DNA of 63,724 bases, from contig DATFUL010000013.1 in assembly GCA_035260845.1 (NCBI GenBank), forward strand, positions 1-63,724, in the 5' to 3' direction. How positions within the stretch are numbered: the stretch's first letter is position 1; each line of letters opens with the position of its first letter. Shown here in pieces: positions 37,656-47,260 of the stretch. Under the pieces are notes generated by a model, which saw only the letters and a program-made list of their open reading frames with translations, was not told the origin of the DNA and searched no databases. The position numbers and the translations under genes were made by a program. The DNA comes from Patescibacteria group bacterium. Lineage in GTDB: Bacteria > Patescibacteriota > Microgenomatia > UBA8517.

Positions 37656-37907
37656 TTGGTTACAGAGAATCACAATTTTAACGTACAAGTGGACATTAAT
37701 GGATCTTTAAAGAAAATACGTCTTTCGGCCCCAAAGAGTTTAGATTTGGTCGCTGCAACAGAATCATTTAGAGGGATATCTCAGCACCCGGTTGTTCAGA
37801 ACAAACTTTATAATTTAGATAGAAAGATTCGTGTAAAAATTTTGGCGTCAAGTAATGAAGTGGTTGGAATCTCAATCCCAGACATGAGTGATGAAATAAA
37901 GTCTTAA
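37656..37907 (+). CDS. Hypothetical 83-aa protein
   Basis: ORF only. TTG start. Convergent 4-nt overlap with pheT. Confidence 0.3.
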   Translation: MVTENHNFNVQVDINGSLKKIRLSAPKSLDLVAATESFRGISQHPVVQNKLYNLDRKIRVKILASSNEVVGISIPDMSDEIKS

Positions 37908-39856
37908 CTCTTAATTTGTCCCCCAAAATTTTCTTTAATTTTTGCTAAAATTTTATTTCTAATTTGTTCCACCTCGGAGTCAGTTAAAGTTTTATTTAGA
38001 TCTTGGTACCAAATTCGAAATGTATAAGCGTCTTTAAAAGTATCTTTTAGTTCAATTGTTGATACTCTCGCATCTAAATTAGTTGCAGTTTGCATAACGT
38101 CTCCAATCAAAGTCTTTTCCGGAAAAGTTATGGTAACATCTTCAATTTGTGGCGGATATTTCGGCCAGAGATTAACTTTATATTTTGTCTCAAGTCCCAA
38201 GATGCCATCCAAATCAATTTCAGCAAAATAAATGTTTCCAGTTTTGCCGCCGTAACCAATATTTTTGCCACCTACCAATATCTCAAAAGAGTTTAAAAGT
38301 GGACTAAGTAAAACTTCAGGAACCAAATTTATATTGCTAATTCCCGCTTTTATAAAAAATGAATCAAGAAGGCCTTTGAAATTTACAAATTCATTTCCTT
38401 CCTCACTGTAATAAACAAACCCAATCTTCCTTTCCTCTTTGTAGTCATTTTTGTATTTATAGTAAATTTTCCCAATTTCAAAGAGTGCAACTTCGGTAAC
38501 CCTTTCATAAATTGCTTTTTGAGCCACTTCTTTGAGGTTTGGTAAAAAACTAATTCTGAAATTTTTATTGTCAGGGGACGGTGGATTAATTAAACTCACT
38601 ACTCCTGCTTCTGCTTTTAACGGATGAACGTTGTAACTGGCGCTTTCTTCTTTGACGAAAGAAAGGCTTATGGCTTCATTAAAACCTACGGCTGCCGCCA
38701 CAAGCCTTAAATTATTTTCTTGAATAATATAATTTGGAGTTATTTGATTTGGAATTTCTAAGGACAAAACACGGGTTGGAATTTTGTCGTATCCGTAGAT
38801 TCTTAAAATTTCTTCAATCAAGTCTTCTTCCAAAACCACATCTGTTCTATAGGTTGGTACTTCTACTTCAAGATTTGTTTTATCAATTTTAATAATTTTA
38901 AAATTTAAATTTGTTAAAATTTTCTTAATTTCACTGTTTTCGATTTTTACCCCCCCCAAATTTTCGAGTTGAGACAGGGCAAGTTTAATTTTCCAAGGCA
39001 TAACCTTTTTAGGGTAATAATCATAGAAAGTTGCATCAAAATTGCCCCATTTATATTTTTTAATAAAGTGCAAAAACCTACCAAGAGCTGGTTCAACCAT
39101 ATTTGGATCTAAATCTTTTTCGTGCCTTATTCCCGCTTCTGTTAGAAGATTGTGACGGTAAACTGATTTCCGGATATTTGCACGGTCATAGTTTGCCGCC
39201 TCAACCAAGATGTTTTTTGTTGAACTTGAAATTGAATTGTGTTTTTCTCCAATTGCTCCCGCAACTGACAAAACAGAGTCTCCTTTTGCCCAAACCAAAT
39301 CCTCCTTAGTAAGGGTTACTATTGAATCTTGGAAGGTTGTCATCCTTTCTTTATTTTTAGCAAGCCTTATTTGTAGTTCTCCTCGAACTTTATCCAAATC
39401 AAAAGCATGCATTGGTTCGCCTGTTTCGATCATTACATAATTTGTTAAGTCAACAATATTGTTAACCGATTCCATTCCATATGATGCAATTTTATTTTTA
39501 AGCCAATCGGGAGAATCTGTAATTTTTACATCATAAACTTCTGTAGTTGCTGCCCGTTTAACAAGCGGAGTTTCAACTTTCAAACTTGAATTTTTAAGTC
39601 TATTAACTTTGATGAGCCTTTCAGTTTCGAGAGATTTTACTTTTGACCCAAAGATAGCTTGAACTTCTCTAGCAATTCCTAAAATTGAATAACAATCGGC
39701 TCTATTGCCCCTAAGTTCCAAATCAAGTACAGTCTCTCCTTTAACTTCGAGCTTTTTGTCTAACATGTGCCCGACCATTGTCAGTTTGTCAGTCAGATCC
39801 TTAGTATCTTTAGGTAGACTTACTATTTCTTTAAGCCAATTTAGTGGAATTTTCAT
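37904..39856 (-). CDS. pheT: Phenylalanyl-tRNA synthetase beta subunit
   Basis: MKIPLNWLKE start typical of PheT, with B3/4, B5 and FDX-ACB-like regions. Start overlaps the pheS stop. Confidence 0.9.
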   Translation of the reverse strand: MKIPLNWLKEIVSLPKDTKDLTDKLTMVGHMLDKKLEVKGETVLDLELRGNRADCYSILGIAREVQAIFGSKVKSLETERLIKVNRLKNSSLKVETPLVKRAATTEVYDVKITDSPDWLKNKIASYGMESVNNIVDLTNYVMIETGEPMHAFDLDKVRGELQIRLAKNKERMTTFQDSIVTLTKEDLVWAKGDSVLSVAGAIGEKHNSISSSTKNILVEAANYDRANIRKSVYRHNLLTEAGIRHEKDLDPNMVEPALGRFLHFIKKYKWGNFDATFYDYYPKKVMPWKIKLALSQLENLGGVKIENSEIKKILTNLNFKIIKIDKTNLEVEVPTYRTDVVLEEDLIEEILRIYGYDKIPTRVLSLEIPNQITPNYIIQENNLRLVAAAVGFNEAISLSFVKEESASYNVHPLKAEAGVVSLINPPSPDNKNFRISFLPNLKEVAQKAIYERVTEVALFEIGKIYYKYKNDYKEERKIGFVYYSEEGNEFVNFKGLLDSFFIKAGISNINLVPEVLLSPLLNSFEILVGGKNIGYGGKTGNIYFAEIDLDGILGLETKYKVNLWPKYPPQIEDVTITFPEKTLIGDVMQTATNLDARVSTIELKDTFKDAYTFRIWYQDLNKTLTDSEVEQIRNKILAKIKENFGGQIKS

Positions 39857-39860
39857 AAAT

Positions 39861-40856
39861 TTATTGGTATTTAATATCTCCGTTATAAAGACTTCTAATG
39901 TCACGGATTCCAAATCTGTCCATTACAATCCGGTCCAAACCCATTCCAAAAGCGAATCCCGATATTTCTTTAGGATCAATTTTAAAGTTTCTAAGAATAT
40001 TGGGATGAATCATTCCGGCCCCAAGCATTTCTATCCAACCCCTGCCTTTGCAAACTGCGCAGCCTTTGCCACCACAGAACTGACAATCTAGGTCCAGCCC
40101 CACCCCCGGCTCAACTTCGGGGTAATATTTACACCTGAACCTTATTTTCCTTTTGTCGCCAAAATAGGTTTTAGCAAAATGGTAAAGAGTGCCTTTTAAG
40201 TCGGCAAGCGATAATCCTTTTTGCAAGGCAAAACCTTGAAACTGGTAAAACATAGCGTTATTGGTAGCATTTACGTTTTCAAATCTATAGCATTTCCCGG
40301 CTACAACAACACGGAATGGAGGTTTTAGATTTTCGATTGATCTAGTTTCGACTGAGCTAGTATGACTTCTTAAAAGAACTTCGGGACTTTCTATATATAA
40401 AACATCCTGCAAACTACGTGCTGGGTGGTCTTTAGGTAAATTTAGTAATTCAAAATTATAATGATCGGATTCAATTTCTGGCCCTTCAGTTACGGAAAAA
40501 CCCATATTCTTAAAAATCTCAACCATCTCAGAAATTACAATCGAAGTTGGATGTAAGTTGCCAATCTTTTGCAATTTTGCAGGGATTGTTGGGTCAAACC
40601 ATTCGCGGGCTGTTTCCTTGAAACTATTTTTCTGCTCAGCCAATAACCCTTCAAGAGTGTTTTTGGTTTCGTTAATTAAAATTCCAACCTGTTGCTTATT
40701 TTCTTGTGGAACATCTTTAATTCTTTTGACCAAGTTGGTGATTTTTCCATTTCTGCCAAATAAATCAATTCTGATTTGCTCTAGTTCACTGTTATCCTTA
40801 GCCGATGTTATTTGGGCTAAAGCTTGATTTTTTGCCGACATTATTTCTTCCTGCAT
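39861..40856 (-). CDS. pheS: Phenylalanyl-tRNA synthetase alpha subunit
   Basis: Class II motifs (HPARSLQD, FRVVVAGKCYRFE, GFAFGMGLDRI). Confidence 0.9.
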   Translation of the reverse strand: MQEEIMSAKNQALAQITSAKDNSELEQIRIDLFGRNGKITNLVKRIKDVPQENKQQVGILINETKNTLEGLLAEQKNSFKETAREWFDPTIPAKLQKIGNLHPTSIVISEMVEIFKNMGFSVTEGPEIESDHYNFELLNLPKDHPARSLQDVLYIESPEVLLRSHTSSVETRSIENLKPPFRVVVAGKCYRFENVNATNNAMFYQFQGFALQKGLSLADLKGTLYHFAKTYFGDKRKIRFRCKYYPEVEPGVGLDLDCQFCGGKGCAVCKGRGWIEMLGAGMIHPNILRNFKIDPKEISGFAFGMGLDRIVMDRFGIRDIRSLYNGDIKYQ

Positions 40857-40886
40857 ATTTAGTTATTGTAGTTGATTATAGGCATT

Positions 40887-40910
40887 AAAAAAACCTCCTT
40901 TCGGAGGCTT
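40887..40910 (-). terminator. Intrinsic terminator after rplT
   Basis: Minus strand: AAGCCTCC-GAAA-GGAGGTTTTTTT. Confidence 0.6.
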
Positions 40911-40934
40911 GTTAAAAAACAATAAATACCTCCG

Positions 40935-41291
40935 TTACTTCTCGGGGGTAAATTTAAATCCAGCTGCTTCTACAATTTTTTGGATTGTCTTTGTGTCTTC
41001 AACTGCAATTTGGGCTAAGACTTTGCGATCAAGTTCAATTTTTTCTTTCTTCATTCCTGCAATAAATTTGGAATAGCTAACTCCGCAGGCTTTGACGGCT
41101 GCACTAAGTCTGACTATCCAAAGGCTTCTTAAATCTCGCCTTTTAAGTTTACGGCCAGCAAAGGCATAAGCTCCAGCATGAACCAAAGCTTCTTTGGCTG
41201 TTTGAATTCTTGTATGGCGCGCCTGCCTAAAACCTTTGGCGCGGTCCAACATCTTCCTGTGTCTTCGAGCGGAAATTGATTTAACTCGCAT
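40935..41291 (-). CDS. rplT: 50S ribosomal protein L20
   Basis: MRVKSISARRHRKMLDRAKGFRQARH... Confidence 0.9.
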   Translation of the reverse strand: MRVKSISARRHRKMLDRAKGFRQARHTRIQTAKEALVHAGAYAFAGRKLKRRDLRSLWIVRLSAAVKACGVSYSKFIAGMKKEKIELDRKVLAQIAVEDTKTIQKIVEAAGFKFTPEK

Positions 41292-41526
41292 TTTGTTTTT
41301 TGGTGGCGATATCGCGCATCTTTTTGGTTGTTCTTCTACCGACTACTTTTCTAACTTTCTTGGCTAAGTAACCTGTAACATTCAATGTTCTCTTTAATCC
41401 CCTAAGCTGTTTACTGGATTTACTTGCCTTCAAATGACGTCTAAAGCTTTGCCTGCGCAAAACCTTGCCATTTTTAGTTACTTTTAACCTTGTGGTTAAT
41501 GATTTTTTTGTTTTAACTTTGCCCAT
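41281..41526 (-). CDS. rpmI: 50S ribosomal protein L35 (with a basic C-terminal extension)
   Basis: MGKVKTKKSLTTRLKVTKNGKVLRR... 81 aa versus ~65 typical. Confidence 0.85.
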   Translation of the reverse strand: MGKVKTKKSLTTRLKVTKNGKVLRRQSFRRHLKASKSSKQLRGLKRTLNVTGYLAKKVRKVVGRRTTKKMRDIATKKQNAS

Positions 41527-42085
41527 CTTCTTTAATTTCTACTTTTGCCTCTTTTGATTTCTTGCCTATTTTTACGTACGAAATTACCGTTACTAGATGC
41601 TTGCCTAAGAATTTAGGAGGCATATCTGTAATTACGCTTTCTCCAAACTCACTCTTTATCTTATTAATTACGTCGAAACCTACATTTTTGACCCTCATTT
41701 GGGGTCCTCTAAAAACTACTACGACTCTGACTTTATTCTTATCTTCAAAGAATTCCTTGATTCTTTCGATCCTGGTCTTAAAGTCGTTATCGGCTATAAA
41801 TGGGCTAAATCTGATTTCTTTAACCCCTCCGCCTTTAACTTTTTTAGCGCTTCCCTTAGCTTTCTTTTCTTCTGCGTACCTAAACTTGCCAAAATCTACG
41901 ATTTTAGCTACAGGTGGCGCTGCATTTGGCGCTATCTCTACTAAAGTTAATCCATCTGCTTTAGCCTTAGCTACCCCTTCGGCAACGCTCATAACTCCCA
42001 AAAGCTTTCCTTCCAAGTCCAAGACTCTAAGGGAGGGAGCCCTAATTTGAAAATCTGTCCGCCAGAAAAGTTTTTGTTTTGCCAA
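41513..42085 (-). CDS. infC: Translation initiation factor IF-3
   Basis: FQIRAPSLRVLDLEGKLLGVMS... Only TTG (42085) or ATT (42094) are available as start codons; an in-frame TAG lies just upstream. Confidence 0.9.
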   Translation of the reverse strand: MAKQKLFWRTDFQIRAPSLRVLDLEGKLLGVMSVAEGVAKAKADGLTLVEIAPNAAPPVAKIVDFGKFRYAEEKKAKGSAKKVKGGGVKEIRFSPFIADNDFKTRIERIKEFFEDKNKVRVVVVFRGPQMRVKNVGFDVINKIKSEFGESVITDMPPKFLGKHLVTVISYVKIGKKSKEAKVEIKEDGQS

Positions 42086-42138
42086 CTGCTTAATTAATGT
42101 GAATTGTAGCTAAAATATGGGCTTTAATCAAGATTGAA

Positions 42139-43374
42139 TTAGCTGATAGTCTTTTCGTCAATTTCTCTGCTTAATGAGGCAATAAAATCCTTTATACTCA
42201 TGGTTGCGGACTCTTTTTGGTCGCGCTTTCGGACTGATAGACTTCCATCTTTTTCTTCTCGCTCACCAACAACAAGCATGAATGGGATCTCTTGTTCTTG
42301 GGCATTTCTAATTTTAGCCTGAAGAGTTTCATTTCTTTCGTCTACCTCAACTCTGATTCCAGATTCTTTGAGCTCTTTGGCGACTTTGTCTGCATAATCT
42401 TTAACTTTATCGGTTATAGGTAGCACTCTAGCTTGAACTGGCGCAATCCAAACTGGAAACTTTCCTGCGTAGTGTTCAATCAGAATTCCCATAAATCGCT
42501 CAACTGATCCCAAAAAAGCAGTATGAAGAATAGCAGGGCGTTCATCTTTTCCTTCTTCGTTTGTATAATTCATATCGAAGTTGTTTGGTTGATTAAAGTC
42601 TAGTTGGCACGTAGCAAGTTGCCATTCACGTCCCAAACTATCACTAACCATCATGTCTATTTTTGGACCATAAAATGCGGCTTCATCTTCGCCAATTGAA
42701 TACTTAATATCTTGCTTTTTGACGGCATCAACTAATGCTTTTTCGGCCATTTCCCAATGCTCATCATCTCCAATGTATTTTTTCTTATCTTTAGGGTCAC
42801 GTACAGAAATCCTGGCTTTATAATCTGTAAAGCCGAAAGTTCTAAAAATGAATTTCATTAACCCCAAAACATTTTCAAGTTCTTCAGGAATTTGGTTATA
42901 TCTAAGAAATGTATGAGTATCATCAATTGTTAGTCCACGAACCCTTAAAAGTCCGTTCACTTCTCCGCTTTTTTCATATCTATAAACTGTTGCGTTTTCA
43001 GAAAGCCGCATTGGAAGTTCTCTATAACTTCTTGGGCGATTTAGGAAGATTTGGAAGTGGTGAGGGCAGTTCATGGGTTTAAGAACATACTCCTCATCAT
43101 CTAGCTTCATTGGATTAAACATTGCGTCGTATTTTTGCCAATGACCGGATTTCTTATAAAGGTCACTTTTTGCTACATGTGGAGTCCAAACAAACATATA
43201 GCCCCTCTTTTCTTTTTCATCTGTAATAAATCTTTCTATTTCTCGTCTCACAATAAGACCTTTTGGAGCAAAAATAGGAAAACCGGATCCAATTTCTTGA
43301 GAGATCAAGAAAAGATCCTGAATTTGACCAATTCTCTTATGATCAGTTATTTTTTCGTGAATGCCGTCTTGCAT
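42139..43374 (-). CDS. thrS: Threonyl-tRNA synthetase, catalytic core plus anticodon-binding domain only (411 aa)
   Basis: Begins at the DHKRIG motif that opens the class II core in full-length ThrRS, then MNCPHH, RVRGLTIDDTHTF and the C-terminal anticodon domain. Confidence 0.9.
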   Translation of the reverse strand: MQDGIHEKITDHKRIGQIQDLFLISQEIGSGFPIFAPKGLIVRREIERFITDEKEKRGYMFVWTPHVAKSDLYKKSGHWQKYDAMFNPMKLDDEEYVLKPMNCPHHFQIFLNRPRSYRELPMRLSENATVYRYEKSGEVNGLLRVRGLTIDDTHTFLRYNQIPEELENVLGLMKFIFRTFGFTDYKARISVRDPKDKKKYIGDDEHWEMAEKALVDAVKKQDIKYSIGEDEAAFYGPKIDMMVSDSLGREWQLATCQLDFNQPNNFDMNYTNEEGKDERPAILHTAFLGSVERFMGILIEHYAGKFPVWIAPVQARVLPITDKVKDYADKVAKELKESGIRVEVDERNETLQAKIRNAQEQEIPFMLVVGEREEKDGSLSVRKRDQKESATMSIKDFIASLSREIDEKTIS

Positions 43375-43503
43375 AGTATTAATAATACTTTAAGAAGACG
43401 ACTTAATGAAGCCGTGGTTCCACTTCTGTTACTTCTCTTTAAAGTTAATTTTGCTCCTCGATTGGTGAGTTCGACTCAACACAAAATTCAACTCGATACT
43501 GAT

Positions 43504-43532
43504 AATTTATATCTTTGAGGCAAAGATGTCAA
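43504..43532 (-). promoter_or_regulatory. Sigma70-like promoter (TTGACA-17-TAAATT) upstream of thrS
   Basis: Minus strand: TTGACA at 43532..43527 and TAAATT at 43509..43504. Confidence 0.4.
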
Positions 43533-43542
43533 ATACTGCGAA

Positions 43543-43803
43543 TTATACTGTTAACTCCGAGTCTGTATTTAGGGCATGAAACGGACATTGTATGTTTTCG
43601 CAAGTAACTGATGTAATAACCCCAAAATTTGTGGAAACAACAAGCTCTGTGGCACTCTCTATTCTTGGACAGCCTAATGTCAGCGAATAATTGTATTGTG
43701 ACATGTCTGTAAGTTTGATTGCATTTGCGGGGTTATCCCTTACGGCCAATGCTAGTTTCATCTTGTCTGGATTGTTACACCTAACTACAAAATATTCTGC
43801 CAT
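43543..43803 (-). CDS. Hypothetical 86-aa protein
   Basis: ORF tightly spaced after typA. Four Cys. No motif recognised. Confidence 0.4.
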   Translation of the reverse strand: MAEYFVVRCNNPDKMKLALAVRDNPANAIKLTDMSQYNYSLTLGCPRIESATELVVSTNFGVITSVTCENIQCPFHALNTDSELTV

Positions 43804-43809
43804 TGGAGT

Positions 43810-45621
43810 TTAATGTTTGGAGAGTTTGGCTTGTTTTCTAGCTTCTGTTTCGTCTAAAATAGTTTTTCTAATCCTAATGCTTGTTGGGGTAACTTCAACT
43901 AGCTCTGTATCGTCAATATACTCCAGTGCATCTTCCAGGCCCATTACACGAGGTGTATTAAAGTGTTCTGCCCCACCATCCCCCTTACTTCTCATGTTAC
44001 TTAATTTCTTTTCTTTACAAACGTTTACTCTTAAGTCTCCAAAACGGCTATTTTGGCCGACAACTTGGCCTTTATAGACTTTTACTGCCGGGCCAACAAA
44101 CAATTCTCCTTGGTCCTGCACTCCAGTTAAACCATAAAGTCTTGTTTCACCTGACTCATAAGCTACCAAGCTTCCACGTTCACGCTCACGGGTAAAACCA
44201 TCGTCTTTTTGGAATTCAAAAAATGCGGCATTAATAATCCCTAACCCTTTGGTGTCAGTTATCATTTCGCTTCTGTAGCCAATAAGCTCTTTAGTAGCTA
44301 CAGTGAACTCCAAATAAACTATTCCATCGGTTTGCTCCATATTATCCATTTTGGCGTGTCTTTGACCCATCTTTTGAATAACTATTCCGGAATAAGCTTC
44401 AGGGACTTCTATGTATACCTTCTCAAAAGGGGTCATTTTAACTCCGTCTATAACTTTGTTAATAACGTGTGGTCTAGAAACTTGGAACTCATAACTTTGT
44501 CTACGCATTCTTTCGATTAAAATAGCCAAATGTAACTCTCCACGACCAGAAACTGTCCAGGTTCCATCTATATTATCCTCAACTTTAAGGGCTACGTCGG
44601 TTTCTAGTTCCTTATACAATCTTTCTCTAATTTGACTAGAAGTTTTAAATTCACCTTCATGGCCTCCAAATGGGGAACTATTCACCATAAATACCATTTT
44701 GACTGTTGGTTCTTCTATGTTAATTAATGGCAAGGCAACAGGCGAGAGTGGATCTGCAATAGTTTCGCCAATGTTAACATCCAAAACTCCGGTTACTGCT
44801 ACCAAATCGCCAGCTTGGGCTTCTTGAACTTCAACTTTTCCAAGGCCTTTAAAAGTGCTGAGTGAAGTGACTTTAGCTCTATTGATTTCTCCTTCACGGT
44901 TAATATGGGCTATTTCCTGGCCATTTTTAATACTTCCTGCTAATATTTTTCCAATTGAGATTCTACCTTTGTAGTTATCTTTACCAATATTACTTACCAA
45001 CATCTGTAAGGGTTTGTCTGGGAATGCTTTTGGTTCCGGGACATATTCTAAAATCGCATCAAAAATTGGAGTAATGTCGGTCATTGTGGCAAGATCAGGT
45101 TTTGTTCCAGCTAAACCATCACGACCTGAGGCATAAATTGTTGGAAATAAAGCTGTTTCTTCATTAGCTCCAAGCTCAACAAACAAATCAAAAGTCTTGC
45201 CTTGAACCCATTCTGGTCTTGCATCTTTTTTGTCAATTTTGTTGACAACAACGATTACTTTTAGACCCATTTTTAAAGCCTCTCTTAAAACAAACCTAGT
45301 TTGAGGCATTGGGCCTTCTTTGGCGTCAACTAAAAGTAAAGCTCCATCAGCCATAGAAAGAACACGCTCAACCTCTCCACCAAAGTCTGCATGGCCGGGA
45401 GTATCTATAATGTTTATCTTGGTATCTTTGTACTGAACTGAAGCATTTTTACTAAAAATTGTGATTCCGCGTTCACGTTCCAAAACGTCGCTATCCATGA
45501 TCATTTCTTCTTCCTGCTGTTCTTTATTAAGAAGGGTGTGAGATTGACGCAAAAGTGCATCAACCAAGGTTGTTTTACCATGGTCAACGTGAGCAATAAT
45601 GGCAATGTTTCTAATATTCAT
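43810..45621 (-). CDS. typA: Translational GTPase TypA/BipA
   Basis: [38 protein letters not shown], plus EF-G-like domains. 603 aa. Confidence 0.9.
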   Translation of the reverse strand: MNIRNIAIIAHVDHGKTTLVDALLRQSHTLLNKEQQEEEMIMDSDVLERERGITIFSKNASVQYKDTKINIIDTPGHADFGGEVERVLSMADGALLLVDAKEGPMPQTRFVLREALKMGLKVIVVVNKIDKKDARPEWVQGKTFDLFVELGANEETALFPTIYASGRDGLAGTKPDLATMTDITPIFDAILEYVPEPKAFPDKPLQMLVSNIGKDNYKGRISIGKILAGSIKNGQEIAHINREGEINRAKVTSLSTFKGLGKVEVQEAQAGDLVAVTGVLDVNIGETIADPLSPVALPLINIEEPTVKMVFMVNSSPFGGHEGEFKTSSQIRERLYKELETDVALKVEDNIDGTWTVSGRGELHLAILIERMRRQSYEFQVSRPHVINKVIDGVKMTPFEKVYIEVPEAYSGIVIQKMGQRHAKMDNMEQTDGIVYLEFTVATKELIGYRSEMITDTKGLGIINAAFFEFQKDDGFTRERERGSLVAYESGETRLYGLTGVQDQGELFVGPAVKVYKGQVVGQNSRFGDLRVNVCKEKKLSNMRSKGDGGAEHFNTPRVMGLEDALEYIDDTELVEVTPTSIRIRKTILDETEARKQAKLSKH

Positions 45622-45634
45622 GATTCTTTATCAA

Positions 45635-45661
45635 CAAAAAAGCCGCTTTCGTAAATGCGGC
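45635..45661 (-). terminator. Intrinsic terminator after the 45706..46242 gene
   Basis: Minus strand: GCCGC-ATTTACGAAA-GCGGC followed by TTTTTTG. Confidence 0.5.
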
Positions 45662-45705
45662 CTAACAGCCAGCCTATCGACTTAATTATACTTTAAAAAC
45701 AAAGC

Positions 45706-46242
45706 TTAAGCTTTTGAATTCCAGATTGAATAATTATTTGATCTGTTTGTGTATAAAACTTTTGATGGTAATTCAAATCCTTTTTTAGTAGAACCGTTTT
45801 TATTGAGAATGACCACATCTTTGGCTAAGTTTGAGAAAACTTTATACATGTTTTCGACATCACCCTCTGAAAGGGTTAAACCGTAATCACCGTTATTTGC
45901 ATCCATCTCACAAATAACACCTTCACTAGAAGTCTCATAAAAGCGTATGTCTATAAAATAGCCAGAGACACTAGTATTGTCTTCTGGAAGTGCAGTTGTG
46001 TTCATTCCACCCATTGGTTTTTGAAGCTGCAAAGTTTTAATACTTCCATCTTGGGCAACCGCCTTATATTCATGCTCTTTCATCCACGGTTTCCATTCTG
46101 AATATGGTGTTACATCATGATCGTTCCAAATGAACAGATCCCTTTTGTTAGGTTTAAATTCTCCAGCGTCAAAGCTAACTGACACTGCTTTATCTAAAAT
46201 TTCTGGTGCTAAGGAAGCACGCATTCTTTTCGTCTCTGTCAT
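45706..46242 (-). CDS. Hypothetical 178-aa protein
   Basis: ORF with its own terminator. No motif recognised. Confidence 0.45.
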   Translation of the reverse strand: MTETKRMRASLAPEILDKAVSVSFDAGEFKPNKRDLFIWNDHDVTPYSEWKPWMKEHEYKAVAQDGSIKTLQLQKPMGGMNTTALPEDNTSVSGYFIDIRFYETSSEGVICEMDANNGDYGLTLSEGDVENMYKVFSNLAKDVVILNKNGSTKKGFELPSKVLYTNRSNNYSIWNSKA

Positions 46243-46292
46243 GAGTAGTTATTATACTATAGGGATATCTTACAGTCAACAAACGTCACGAG

Positions 46293-46363
46293 TGGACTTG
46301 GCGGGAATCGAACCCGCATCCTATGACTGCCAGCCACATGTCCTACCATTGAACGACAAGCCC
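46293..46363 (-). tRNA. tRNA-Ala (anticodon GGC), no encoded CCA
   Basis: Manual cloverleaf: GGGCTTG acceptor with the G3:U70 Ala identity pair, anticodon loop CUGGCAG, T-arm GCGGG-TTCGATT-CCCGC. Confidence 0.85.
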
Positions 46364-46489
46364 CCGAGGGCAAATTATAGCAGGAACAGATTAGTCAGTA
46401 AACTCAGTTAACTCAGTAAGACAGTTGGTCTGTGAGTCGGAAAGCTGATACACTGGATTAGGCTGAGTCTACAGAGTACACTGATTATT

Positions 46490-47260
46490 ATGAACTTTAT
46501 CCACGTTATAATTCTCTCGATTATCGAGGGCTTAACAGAATTTTTACCAATAAGCTCAACCGGGCATTTAATTTTAGTTTCTAAACTTCTAGGCCTGACA
46601 GAAACTGACTTTCTTAAAACTTTCGAAATTGTGATTCAACTAGGTGCGATCTTGGCTGTAGTTGTTCTCTACTTTAAAAAATTCCTATCCAGTTTTGAAC
46701 TCATTAAAAAACTGGTTGTAGCATTTATTCCCACCGCAATTGTTGGTTTTACTCTTTATCCGCTAATTAAAGGGGTTTTATTGGGGAGCTCTGCTATCAC
46801 CCTGAACGCTTTGTTTTGGGGTGGCTTGGCTTTAATTGGAGTCGAATGGTTTTTAAAGCGCAAAAAGTCAGAAACCAAAACTGAAAGCACGATAACCTAT
46901 AAACAAGCCCTTGTTATCGGCACTTTTCAGTCTTTATCTGTTATTCCCGGAGTCTCAAGGGCCGCTGCAACAATTGTTGGTGGACTTTTGACAGGACTAG
47001 ATAGGTCTACCGCCACAGAATTTTCATTTCTTCTTGCAGTCCCAACTATGTTTGCGGCAACGTTACTAGACCTTTATAAGTCCAGGGACATGATTACTCG
47101 GGGCGGATCTTTGACCCTTTTTGTAGGAACCGTTCTTTCTTTTATTTTTGCCACATTTGCCATTAAATTTCTAATAAATTATGTAAAGAAACACGATTTT
47201 ACAGCCTTTGGAGTTTATAGAATTGTACTAGCCGTTTTCTTCTGGATTTTTGTGAACTAG
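46490..47260 (+). CDS. uppP: Undecaprenyl-diphosphate phosphatase
   Basis: EGLTEFLPISSTGHL and PGVSRAAATI motifs. Eight TM segments. Confidence 0.9.
   Translation: MNFIHVIILSIIEGLTEFLPISSTGHLILVSKLLGLTETDFLKTFEIVIQLGAILAVVVLYFKKFLSSFELIKKLVVAFIPTAIVGFTLYPLIKGVLLGSSAITLNALFWGGLALIGVEWFLKRKKSETKTESTITYKQALVIGTFQSLSVIPGVSRAAATIVGGLLTGLDRSTATEFSFLLAVPTMFAATLLDLYKSRDMITRGGSLTLFVGTVLSFIFATFAIKFLINYVKKHDFTAFGVYRIVLAVFFWIFVN

Noticed and set aside
41562-42050. 162-aa plus-strand ORF (and the nested 81-aa ORF).
   Set aside because: It is antisense to infC.
46495-46505. A DnaA-box-like TTATCCACG, considered as a possible origin given gyrB in the window.
   Set aside because: It is a single box inside the uppP coding start. 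There is no cluster of boxes, no AT-rich unwinding element and no dnaA or dnaN gene nearby.
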